Below are positions 19,564-32,100 of a stretch of DNA of 64,000 bases, one piece after another. How positions within the stretch are numbered: position 1 is the stretch's first letter; the number at the start of each line of letters is the position of its first letter. A model generated the notes under the pieces. That model ran no database searches. It saw nothing but the letters and a program-made list of their open reading frames with translations, and was not told the DNA's origin. A program made the position numbers and the translations under genes. The stretch spans positions 16,115-80,114 of the forward strand of contig JBCCYL010000022.1 of NCBI GenBank assembly GCA_039189765.1, written 5' to 3'. The stretch is from Cyanobacteria bacterium P01_F01_bin.150. Lineage in GTDB: Bacteria > Cyanobacteriota > Cyanobacteriia > CAKZMO01.

Positions 19564-20001
19564 TTGATCTATACTACTATTTTCATAATTTCATTTTTTT
19601 TAACCATTTCATTCAATTTAATATATAGAGAGTGTGTAAATATATATAGATCAAAATCTATAAAAGTTAAAATTTTAAGATCATTTTCAAGAAAAAATTT
19701 TATTTTTCACTTAATAGATATAGACATCTATCATAATTATGAGCAAGACTACAGAATTAAAGTGGGTTCAACAGCAAGATCACTTTTCTTAACAGAGAAA
19801 GCAGCGGAAAAATATATAAGCGTATACTTTCCTCCAGGCAAAATCTGTGATGCCTACTTAAACATCAGGAATTCTGAAATCAGCATAGAAATCAGAAGGT
19901 ATGATCTTATCGATAAGATGCTAAGTCCTCTTTTGCTTATATATTTGTGCCTTATGTTTTTCATATCTCTCGGGATAACAACATTTTTATATACCAATTG
20001 A
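19564..20001 (+). CDS. AT-rich two-TM protein, possible immunity gene
   Basis: TM helices at both ends; very low GC; convergent with the RHS gene end. Confidence 0.55.
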   Translation: MIYTTIFIISFFLTISFNLIYRECVNIYRSKSIKVKILRSFSRKNFIFHLIDIDIYHNYEQDYRIKVGSTARSLFLTEKAAEKYISVYFPPGKICDAYLNIRNSEISIEIRRYDLIDKMLSPLLLIYLCLMFFISLGITTFLYTN

Positions 20002-20154
20002 AATTTCTAAATTTCAGTTAGACTTGACGATCTAAATCATTCAATATTTTACGACAACGAAAAACACATAATATTTGAAATTGAAGCTCATTAAGGACTT
20101 GATTTTCAGGTGAATTTCTAATTTTAAACTTTGAGTAGTATAGTCTAAATCTTA

Positions 20155-23100
20155 CTATCTATTAATTCTAAATCCTTCAATTTCTCCCCACAATTCACAT
20201 ACTGAATTTATAAATACTTGAGGTGAAATTTTCTGATTTCCTTGAAGGGCTGAAAAGAAAATACCCGCAGCACCTGCTAATCTTCTAATACCCAATGGAC
20301 CTACTGCAAAACTAGCAAGGGCTGTTGTTGCTAAAGGTCCAGCTAGCAACCAGCCAAGGCCAGCGCCAACTCCACCACCAAGTGCAGCTCCAGTAACAAA
20401 TCCTACGGTTGCCGATACATACTCATCACCTGATTCATTAAGTTCAGGACAATCAATAGGTGCACTAATAAATCCTGCTATTAATCCTGAAAGACTAAGT
20501 ACAACGGATCCTTTAATAGCGGTCGATAAAATAGAAACCTCTCCAGATGGATCAACATAAGCTATGGGGTTATTGAAGCCATAGATATAATCTTGCAATG
20601 ATAGTGGTTGCTCATTCAAACCTTCAAATGGGTCTCTAGAGTCAAACCTCCCTGTTGCTGGATCGTAATACCTAGCTCTCAAATAGTAACTATCTAAATT
20701 CGGATCAAACTGCTCCCCTGCAAAGAGATAATCATTAGGTGTAGAGCCACTCTGATCAATCAGTTGACCAAAAGCATCGTAATTATATGTATCTGTCAAC
20801 ACTCCATTTTGATTTGTCAGAATTCGAGAACTACCAAGGCCATCAACCTGATAGAAGCTACGCTCACCACCATTCTCCTGAGAAATTAAGTCTTGACCAT
20901 GTACATAAGAAGTCTGCACATCACCGTTCAATGTGTACTCCTCGATTACTTGGGCATAGGTCTGCTGATTATTATCAATTAAGAATCGAGTTTCCTCTCC
21001 ATTGACATTCAGCGAAACACGAATTCCTTCATGGTCATATTCGTACTCAATCCGTCCAGTTTCACCATTCTCATTGATGTTGACTGCTATTAGCTCACCT
21101 TTGGCATTCCATTCATAGGTTGCCTGATTCTCACCGTTTTGGAGCTTCGCAGTAAGATTACCATCATCGTCATATCGATATTCAGTGGTCAGGTCATTAA
21201 GCATTTCTGCGAAGAGGCGATCGTTCTCGTCGTATTGATAGGTAGTAGTGCCCTCAACAGAATCAATCCGCTGCAAACGGTTACCAACATCATCAAAGCG
21301 ATACTCAATAGTTCGGGTAGTTTCTCCTGAAGGAATAATAGTTTCTTGTTCCAAACGATAGAGAACATCGTAGTCATACTGCACTACACGACCATCAGCT
21401 TCAGTGACCTGAGTGCGATTTCCAACGGCATCCAAAAGATAATCGTAGCTAGAAAGCACTGTGCCATTACTGTCCTTGTTTTCCAAACGCTCCAGACGAT
21501 TGAGACTATCGTATTCACGAGATTCCACCACACCATTAGCAAAATCTGTCTGAATCAAATTGCCCACATCGTCATAGATATAGCGGGTTTCACCACCATC
21601 GGGATCGGTTACGGTGTCGATGCGATTGAGGGCATCGTAGGTGTAGGAGGTAGTACCAGAGGGGACAGCCAAACTTAGAATATTCCCCGCATCATCATAG
21701 GTATAGGCAATAGTGCGACCATCAGGATTCTCGCGGGAGAGGAGGCGATCGCGCTCATCGTACTCATAGTTGGTGAACCCTAGGGCATCGGTCACAGTAT
21801 CGAGTTGCCCTGTGGGAGTATAAGCAAATTGCTCCACCTCACCGTCTGGCAGCGTCGTAGTGATTAAGCGATTTCGCTCATCGTAATCATACTCAATGGT
21901 TTCATTGTTGAAATCAGTCACCGTCTTCACATTGCCCACCGCATCGTAGGTGGTAATGCTCTCTTGACCCAACGGAAGAATCATTTTCGTCCGTTGCCCC
22001 AAGTCATCGTATTCAAAAGTAGTGACATTACCATTAGCATCTTCCTGAGTCTGGATATTGCCCAGCAAATCACGGCTATAGGTAGTTGTGTTATCCAAAG
22101 CATCGATAACTTCTATCAGTCGCCCTCGTTCATCGTATTCAAAAGTAGTAGTGTTTCCTTCCTGATCTATCGCTGCCTTGATATTACCCAAACCATCATA
22201 GGTGGTACGACTGATAGTGCCATCGGCATAGCGCACTTCTATTTGTTGACCAATCTTGTTGTAGATAAACTCTGTAGTGCGATTTAAAGCATCAATTTCG
22301 AAACGCAGACGATTCGCTTCATCATAGATGAAGCGAGTTTCATATCCTAAAGCATCCCTTCTCAGAATAAGATTGCCTGCTTTATCGTAGTCAAAGGTAG
22401 TTCGGTGACCCAACTCATCAATTGATACAATCAAGCGACCTGCCTTGTCGTATACATTTTCAATGCGAGGATTATCGTTGGGATTGTTAGGTGTATCGTC
22501 GGGATAGAGAATAAATCGTTGGCGACCAAGAGCATCATACTCATAGCGAGTCTCTTGTCCAGCTTCATTCGTCACCGAAATTAGCTGATCAAGGGCATCA
22601 TAGGTATTGGTAATGCGATCATTGTCGTCGGGATTATCAGGCGTATCGTCTGGAAAAATAGTTGCCACTAATAAGCCACGATCGTTATAAACATACTCGG
22701 TGCGATTGCCCAGTGCATCAATATCCGCAATCTTATCGCCAAAGCCATTGTACTCAATACGGCTAACATTATTCAGAGCATCAATACGCTCAACAACACG
22801 TCCCTCATTGTCATATCTAGTGACGAATTCATTGTTGAGAGGGTCAATCAACATTTCTGGATTACCATTGTCATCATAAGTGAATCTGTAGGTGGCTCCA
22901 GCCAGATCAGTTAGCTTTCTCAGATTGCCATAATCATCATATTCAAAGCGCGTCTCATTATTGTTGGCATCAGTGATGGATGTGAGTAGTCCAAATCCAT
23001 TTTCGTCATAACCATAGAGAGTGATATGTCCCTCCGCATCCTCACGAGTTTCCAAATTCCCCTGAATATCGTAGGTATTAGTGGTGATGTTGCCGAGGGC

Positions 23101-26100
23101 ATTTTTCTCGGTGAGCACTTGGCTAAAGTTGTTGTAGGTAAAGCTAGTAGTATTGCCCTCCGGGTCCGTCGCAGTCAGCATATTGCCACGCTCGTCGTAG
23201 CTATACCTAGTGATGTTGCCTTCAGGGTCTGTTTCTTCTCTTAGATTATTATCGTCATCAAAGACCCTCTGAGTAATACCGCCCAAGGCATCGATTTCTT
23301 GCTCAACATTGCCCCGTTCGTCAAAAATAAAGGTGGTGGTATTACCAAAGGGATCAGTAACAACTTGGGTGGAATCAATTGAATCATAGTCCAGATCGAG
23401 GGCATTGCCATTGGCATCAATAATGCGCTCGATTTGCCCTTGGTCATTATACTCAGTACGAATTCCAATACGACCTAACGGATCAACAATTTCAGTAAGG
23501 TAGTGTGCCCGATCAGGGTCCTCGTATTTAAGTTGAGTAGTCTTCTGGTTACGGTCGGTCACACTAATCAGATCGCCGTTGACATCATATTCATAGTCAA
23601 TCACCTTGCCAGAAGGATCGATAATTTCATCAATTCGTCCCTGCGCATCGCGGACAAAGGTAATAGATTGTCCGGTAGAGCTAGTAATCCCGGAGTCAGT
23701 ATAGGTGAGGACATTGCCATTACGGTCTGTCACACTCTCCAAACCATTAAACTGATCATAGCGATAGGTAGTGCCATCTCTGGTAGTTAGTTTATACTCT
23801 GAAGGATTAAAGGGAAAACTAAAGAGGAAAAGACTAGCAGAACCATCAGGACGAATACTTAGGGGAAGATCGTCTACTTCTAATGTGTCGAAAACTCCAG
23901 GTTCAGGGACAAAGCGAGGCGACCAAATGGGTCCAAAGAAGTTAGCTCCCGTTACTTCCGGTTCAAAGGTAAAGGTAACTCGTCTGCCTTCAGGATTTGT
24001 GAGCGTGACTGCATCACCAACTTTGAAGGGTGTTGAGGTGAAGAGACTTGCTCCGTTTTGGTCCGTTACAGGAACTGATTCTTGAATCCGAGCATCTTGG
24101 ACACCCAAACTCCAGCCAAAGCCAAAGTCCCCTTGTTGATTCGATTCAAAGCTGTTGTACGTCCGAGTTACTTCAATCGGCAACCCTGTCAGTGGAATCG
24201 AAAGATCTACAAATTCTTGGCTGAAATGCCCAGGCTTATTAACGCTACTGAGGGTAAGAAGCAGACCTTGAATATTGATATTGCCACTCACATCCCCGGC
24301 AATCACTCGAACAAAGTAGTTATCGTTAGCAAATGATCGTGGGTCTATTTGACCAATCACTTCATTGTCGATATTAGTATTACCTTCAGCCAGCACCACA
24401 TAATCTGGGTCAGGCTCATAGAGATTATTGAGATCAACCAGATTGGAAGGAGCTATTTCTAGGCGATAGAATTCAAGATTTTCATCACTGATCGTACCAA
24501 CAATATCCGTCAGAGACGTAATTACGGTGCCCGAAGTCTCAAATGCGGTTGCATCTAGCTCTACGATAGGTGGTGTGATATCGCTGGGGTCAATCACTCG
24601 GACGGTCAAACTCTCAGTTCCAACATTGCCATCATTGTCCGTTGCCGTTGCCACGATATCCACCAATCCGGCCTCGCCAAACTGAACAGTTGTCTCATGT
24701 AGCGTACCGTTGGCAATAGTTTCAGGTGTAAAACTCAGAGGCTGTCCATCCGCTTCCAACACTAAGCTAGCAATGCTTTCATTGTCGATAGCGTAGACCT
24801 GTAGATCCAAGTCTTCACCGATATCTATCACATTGGAACTAAACCCCAACGAAACGATAGGAATTTCGCTGTCGGTGGTTCCGGCTCCGTTACCAGAATC
24901 TGGGGTGCTTATAGTTAAGAGGAAGGATTGGACCGATCGTCCACCATTCTCATCGGTTGCAAACACTATGACCGGGAACTGCCCCTCTTGATCAGTCGCT
25001 GGTGTCCACTCAATCAATCCGGTAGTAGCATCAATTGTCATACCTGTGGGAGACCCATCGCGCAGACTGTAAGTAATGGCTTCTCCTTCTGGATCAATGG
25101 CGATGGGTTGATACTGATAGGTCTCATCGGGCAATGCTGTAGTCTGTGGAGATGAAGCAAAGAAAGGAGACAAGTTTTGCGGTGTTTCATTTACCGTGAT
25201 GTCAAACTGTTGGGTCGCCTGCTTTCCTTTTCCATCAAGTACCGCGATAGTGACTTCACTCACTCCAACTTGGCGATCTGTTGGAGACCAGTTAATCTCA
25301 CCCGTGTTGGGATCAATTTTCAAACCTCTAGGGCCATCTGTAATGTAATAGGACAAAACATCGCCATCCGGATCAGTAGCATCTACGTTATAGGTGAAAA
25401 ACTGGTTAGCGTTAAGCTCAGTTGTTGACGGAGATGAAATTATGGTTGGAGCCTGATTATCAGCATTGACTGCACTTACGACAACGGTGAAATCTTGAAT
25501 TGCGTTTCCGCCCCGTCCATCGTCTACTTCAACACTGAATCTATAGCTGCCAACTGCCGTTGGATTCCAGGAAATAGCCCCCGTTGCCCCATCGATTACG
25601 GCATCATCAGGAGACTGCAACAGACGGTAGATGAGATTGTCACCATCAGGATCAGTTGCTAAAGTAGGATAAAAATAGGATTGGTTCAGAACTACGGGTA
25701 TCGAGCCTAGAACAAATCCACTATCGGGTCGGGTAAACAGTACCTCAAAACTCTCAGCCGTACCCTCATTCGTAATACCAATGTCAAAGGTTGCAGTTTC
25801 GCCTGGTCCAATACCAGATAAGGTTCCCGTTTGATTTTCAAATAGTATAGAAGTATTTGAAGCTTCGACATCAATTTGGAATTGCTCGCTAATTTCATCG
25901 GCCTGTAATTCTACAAAGGCTTTGGTAAACGAAGTAGCGATATCACCCCCTTCGCGTAGTTGATTAAGATCCCAAACGGCCCCATCTATAGAGAATACAA
26001 GGTCTATGTAGTCTTCTTTTATTGTGGCAGTGTTACCAAAGGAAATTAATTCTGGACCAATAAATTCAGCGTTTTGACTCGTGATGAATCCCCCTGAATC

Positions 26101-29100
26101 ATCAGGTATATATACGGTCCCATTGGCATCTACTCCTAGAGCAGATACGCCGTTTTCATCTTTGAACTGACCATTGATAACTGTGCTCAGCAGTACATCC
26201 TGCTCCTGAATTCGGGAACGGATCACATCAAAGGTCAAAGACGGATTTGTGTTATCGCGGGATTCGTCCGTAATCAAGATAAGGTTACGAGCAGCGTCCT
26301 CTCTGAAAGGCAAATTAAGTCCTACATCCAGAGCCGCATATCCATCTTCAACGCCACCTCTATCAGTTCGTAACTCCTCGGTTTGTTGGGATAGTTGAGT
26401 GGCATTAGTGTAGAATTTCTCGGCTAGGGGAGAGAAGGTTAAAGTATTTCCCCCAAATGCATTCTCAAACCGGAAGACCTGCGATTCGCTAGGTGAGATA
26501 TCACCAAGAAGATTGTCACCGTCCGTGATCACCTCCGCACTAGAAATATCGTCAATTCGAAAACTGTAGTTACCAACATCATCTCCTGATTGGATTTGTA
26601 GAGTATAGGTTCCGTCCTCCGTTAAAGTAATGGGACCAATATCTCCTACTAATAGCTGATCACTAGCTGCATTTTGGATGCCTGTGGGGCTGGTTGGTCG
26701 GCCAGAATCATCAAACAGTGAGTTTCCTGTAGGACTAATCAATCTTGCAGTAGTATCATCAGATAGCCTATCCAGACTATCAATCCAGATTTTTTGCCCC
26801 TTGATTCCACTAAAGGTATAGCGATCGATTTCTCCCGGTTCATCTAAGCTGCCTGTTATCGTCTCACTAAAGGATAAAGTTCTCGTTTGAGTTTCTGGGG
26901 TAACCCCTTCAAGACGAAGGGAAATTGCCTCGGTACTCTGATTTTCGAGTGCCAGCGTGTAGAGTCCATCCGCAGGCAAGACAACGTTAAAATCGTTTCT
27001 AAAATTGACATCAATAATGTTGTTGGCTTGCCCACCACCAGGATAGAAAAGATTCCAGCTTCCCCTAGTTGAGGATGCATTATCTTGGTCAAGATCAAAG
27101 AACAAATGAGTTCCCGATGTTCCCTCAAATTGGAAGAGTTGAGTTCCACCATTGAGCGTTAAGGCTACGTCTGTTGGCGTGTCTAAATTGAGTGGTGTTG
27201 CCTCCTCAAGATTGAGGAAGCGGAAGCTGTAGTCTCCGCCCGACGTTCCTCCATTGACCGTAAAAGAATAAGTACCCGATGTTTCTAAAATGTAAGGATT
27301 GGGATCAGGGGAGGCCAAACGAACGTTGTCAAAAATAACATCTCCATTAGGATCGGTAAGATTTGCACTAATGCTGAAGCTAGATGTCGTTAAATTATCT
27401 AACCAGAGTTGGGTTCCAGCCAAGGCATTAAAAGCAAACGTTTCAGTTTCGTTGGCTCCAATGCTATTACCATTAACGATATTGAAACCTGTGGGTGTGA
27501 CAGATGCATTGATTAGCTCTTTAACTTGAAACAGAAAGTCAACATCACTGCTCGAAAGATTTGTCAGGACCAAGTGATAATCACCATCCGCAGTTAGAAC
27601 GACTTCAAAGTCTTGATTTAATGAATTATTAACCTGGCGATTATCCTGTAGAACCTTAGAATTTCCCGGACTATAGAGACTCCATAAGCCTGGTAAAAAT
27701 CCCGTTGTGTTTAAGTTATCAAACAGTAAGTTTTGCCCTGCTTCTCCTGAAAGAGTGTAAATCTGGGTAGAATTTTTGAGCAAAGTTCCCGAAAATGCAC
27801 TGCCAATTGTAATTGTTGGACTATCATCAGCATCAATAATCTGGAAGCTATAGTCTCCAACAACATCACTACCACCAATCATCAAAGAGTAGGTTCCAGT
27901 GTTGGGTAAAGTGAGTATCTGACTGTCATTAGTAACTACGGATGAGAAGAAAAGCCTATCCCCTTCAGGAGTGTATAGTTCAAAACCTGGCCCAAAGATA
28001 GATTCTGCTGATAGTCCATCGAACCAAATGCCCTGTCCTGCTTGACCTTCAAAGGTATAAAGGTCAATACCACCAATTTCATCAACGGTGCCATTAATGA
28101 CAGTATTGAGCTGAATATTAATGATTTCTGGTTCAACTGTAATAGCCTTAAACTGATAATTTGTGATTTCATCGTGGATATTTTCAAGAACTAACCAATA
28201 TAGGTTGTCAGCGGGTAGAACTACCTCTAGATCATCATGTATGTTAGCACTATCTGTCTTCGTATTTTCGGGACCATAAATCGTCCATTTACTAAGGTTA
28301 AAACTTGTAGTTGAATCAAAATAAACTGTTTGCCCGATATCACCCTTAAGTTGAAAAATCTTTGTCGTTGCTGGGTCCAGAGTTCCGGTAATCGGTGCAT
28401 CCAATGACATAGTAGGAGCACTATTCATATCAATGAGTTGGAAACTGTAGTCTCCACCATCAGTGCCCCCATTCATAATGAGAGTATAGGTTCCCGGTTG
28501 ATCTAAAGATAAGGGACCGGAATCGCTATCACTCTTTATTGTAGTGATAATTTTCCCGTTCGCGGCTAGCAATGTTCCTTGAATATTGCCAGAGGTTGAA
28601 GAAATACTATCAAACCAAATCCGTTGTCCTGCTGGCGCATCAAAGGTAATGATCTGGTTTTCACCAGCCACGATAGATCGGCTAATTATTTCGTTCAAAC
28701 CACTAGGAGGAATAGCGACATCAACACTACTCTCATCAATGCTCAAATCATAGCTAACAGCTTCTTCTCTAGGATTGGACAAGACAACGCTATAGTCTCC
28801 ATCACTGGGTAAAACAAACTCAGCCGGATCTGCTAGCTGGATGTCAATGAGCTGATTACCAGGTCCATAGATTTGAACATCTAGTTGATCCCTGAGAGTA
28901 ATATTGCGAACTCCAGCATCATTGTTTGATCCTCCGTATCCAATGAGGCTATAGCGATTATCAGTAATACCTCGGGCTTCAAGGGCTATATCCAGTTCTA
29001 GCACCATATTGGTGAGCCAATCATGTTCACCTGTCATGGACCTGGACTCGTCAATTATAAATGCGATATCTGCTGAACCACCAATATCGCCTTGTTCTGG

Positions 29101-32100
29101 CAGCGAAATAGACACAGACCCTAGAAAAGTTTCATTGTCATCCAGACTAAGGTTCAAAAAATCTGGATTAACATCTCCTCTTACAGTGTTAGGGATGGCA
29201 ACTGCAAAATTCTGGACTGGCTCGCTAATGAACATAGGAGAACGGTTAATCTCAAGACCTTCTTGAACGCTAATGGTAAAGGTCTGAGTATCAGTTAAGC
29301 CTTCGTCATCACTGACTTGCAAAGTAATCTCAACATCACCAATCTGTTCAGATAGTGGAGTCCATAACAATAAACCTGTCGCAGGCTCAAGATTTAGCCC
29401 CTGAGGGCCGTCCAACAAAGTGAATGTCAATGAATCGTTGTCAGGGTCAATGACTATAGGCTGATAGCTGTATTCATTGTCTTCAGTGCCTTCTGTGATG
29501 GGTGTAGAGATAAATTCGGGAGCTTGGTTTTCAGCATCGGGGAACCGTTGATTGCCAAAATTAATGTCTTCAATGACTTCACCTGGCGCGAGGAGAGCAA
29601 TATACTCTGGAGCATCCAGAGCAGTCACTCCAAATTCCAAAGGAACCACTTCACGAACGGTATAGTCATTTTCGGGAAGATCTCGGAAGCGATATTGCCC
29701 TTCTCCATTGGTCAGCACACTGGCCTCATCAGGGTCAAATTGACTATCGTTATCCACATCTAGATAAACCGTGATACCTGCTAATTCAGGCTCTCCGTCA
29801 TCGATTACATTATTACCATTGGAATCTTCCCAAACCTGCCCTCTGATCTCTCCAGTATTTTTCTTGTTGCCAAAGTTAATGTCTTCGACAACCTCACCCT
29901 CACCAAGGATGACTCGCTGAGCTGTTGGCACTAATCGAGGGGCTGCAAAACCAGGGACGTTAAACAATTCCGCAGAGGGGAAGGTCTGACTCAATCCAGG
30001 TTTTTGGACACTTCTAACGTCATAGCTACCTGCGGCAAGTCCAGTGAACCGATAAGTGCCATCGCTACCTGTCACCTGAGTGGGTTCATTACGATCTAAT
30101 CGACGGTTTTGGTTGAGGTCAAGGTAAATCGTTATCTCTTCTAATCCCTCCTCCAGGCCATTTTGAATGCCATCAGCGTTAATGTCTTCCCACGCCAATC
30201 CTTGGATTGTTGCTGCACCGCTAGGAAAAATGAATTTTCGATTACCGAAATTGACGTTCTCAAGGGCTGCATCACCTAACAGCTCAACTTCCTTGAAGAA
30301 ACTATCAGCAGATGTGGGTTCAAATCCGACAGGAATCTCCTGCCACACCAAATAAGACCCATCGGACACATCCTCAAACCGATACTGACCATCGCTATCA
30401 GTAATCTGTGAGGGTTCTCCTGTATTTAAGAAACCATTGCGATTCAAATCAAGAAAGACATTTACCCCTGCTTGTCCCACCTCTGATGCATCAAATTCAG
30501 AATCACTATCATTGTCAACAAAAACCACCCCAGAAATTGTATTAATAGGGGAAACGAAGGCAACATTGATGGGCACACTCTTGCCATCAGTGAGCGAACC
30601 TCCCACTCCAGTATTGCCCAGATCATTCACAGATATATTTAGAATGTCCTGACCATCGAAAGCTGCATTACTGCGATAACTTAAGCTCGCAAGGGCCACA
30701 TTAATTGCTGCCAAGGTTCCTCTGAAGACTACTATGGCATCAGCCGTACCATCGCCACTACTAAAGGTTAGCCCTACAGTCTCCCCAATATTTAACGTGC
30801 CATTGCTAACAGATAGAGCAAGTTCTAAGTCCCCATCTACCACATCCTCATCGGAAATACTTATCCCCCTAAGAGAGAGGACTGTATCAGCAAGAACATC
30901 TTGCGCTCCGGGTACGATCAAACTAGGTGCATCATTCACTGGAGCGATGAACAAAGCGATGCTTTGGCTTACACTTCCCCCTCTACTATCCTCAACCGAG
31001 TAGCTGAAGATTCCTGCCTCACCATTTGCATTTGCAAAGGGAACAAATACTAGACTCTCTAACTCATCCAAGGAAAGCTTCTGTCCGACGGAAACAGAGC
31101 GACCATCCTCTAATTGAACGGTTCCTTGAACAGCTTCCGGTAGGCTATTCACCGTGATTGTCAAACTATCTCCATCTGGATCAATAGGTCTTGCAATCGT
31201 TAAGGCTTTGGGAGCAACGTCCTCATTTATTGTTAGAGTTTTATTAACATCAGCAATAGGCACTTGATTTTGTTGAATACTCGGATCATTATCGGTAATC
31301 GTAATCGTGCCCTTGGCATCAATTAATGCCGCATTGATAGGATTAGTTAGCGTAATTTCAAACTGCTCACGAGCCTCGGGAATTGTATCCCCCTTAATGG
31401 GAACCTCAATAGTTTTGGACACTTCTCCCGGAGCAAAGGTCAGAGTACCACTGACCGATGTGTAGTCACTATTATTCTTTGCAGTCCCCTCGATGGTTTG
31501 ATATTCGACTGTGATCGATTGAGTACTGGATTGAGATAATGTGACAGGGATAAAAGCCGTCAAAGGAGTACCATTGGTTTCAGTCACCTCAACATCACCC
31601 ACCGCTAGATTGGGCCGCTTGGGGGGAGCAGGTGGCTGAGGTATTTTCTCGCCTCCAACAAAGGAGAAATCGACCTTGAAGACTAAATCGTCAAAGCTGC
31701 GATCGCCTCCTCCTGTCAAATCCTCCCAGGCTAGCTCCGTTTCCGACCGATATTGCAAATGCCCGATACCATCTGGGTTCGCATCAGCAAACGAGAAAAA
31801 GGCGATCGGATCACGGTTTAATCTATTGGCTGGATTGGTCGCAATCAAATCCTCAATCGTGCCATCTTGAATCAAATACCACCCCAGAAATTGATTGGGC
31901 TGAAGCGTGACATTTACCTCTGTCCCATCAGGAGCATCGGGACGAAACGCAGTGATGCGTCGCTCCTGCGAGAGGGCTTGAGCAGTATACCCTGGATCTC
32001 CCGGCATTACATCACCAATGCGCCCTTGAGCATCATCAGTAAAGAAAATACCCATTTCATTCTGGAGCTTGGCTGCTCGACTCACCAAGGTCACAGTGGT

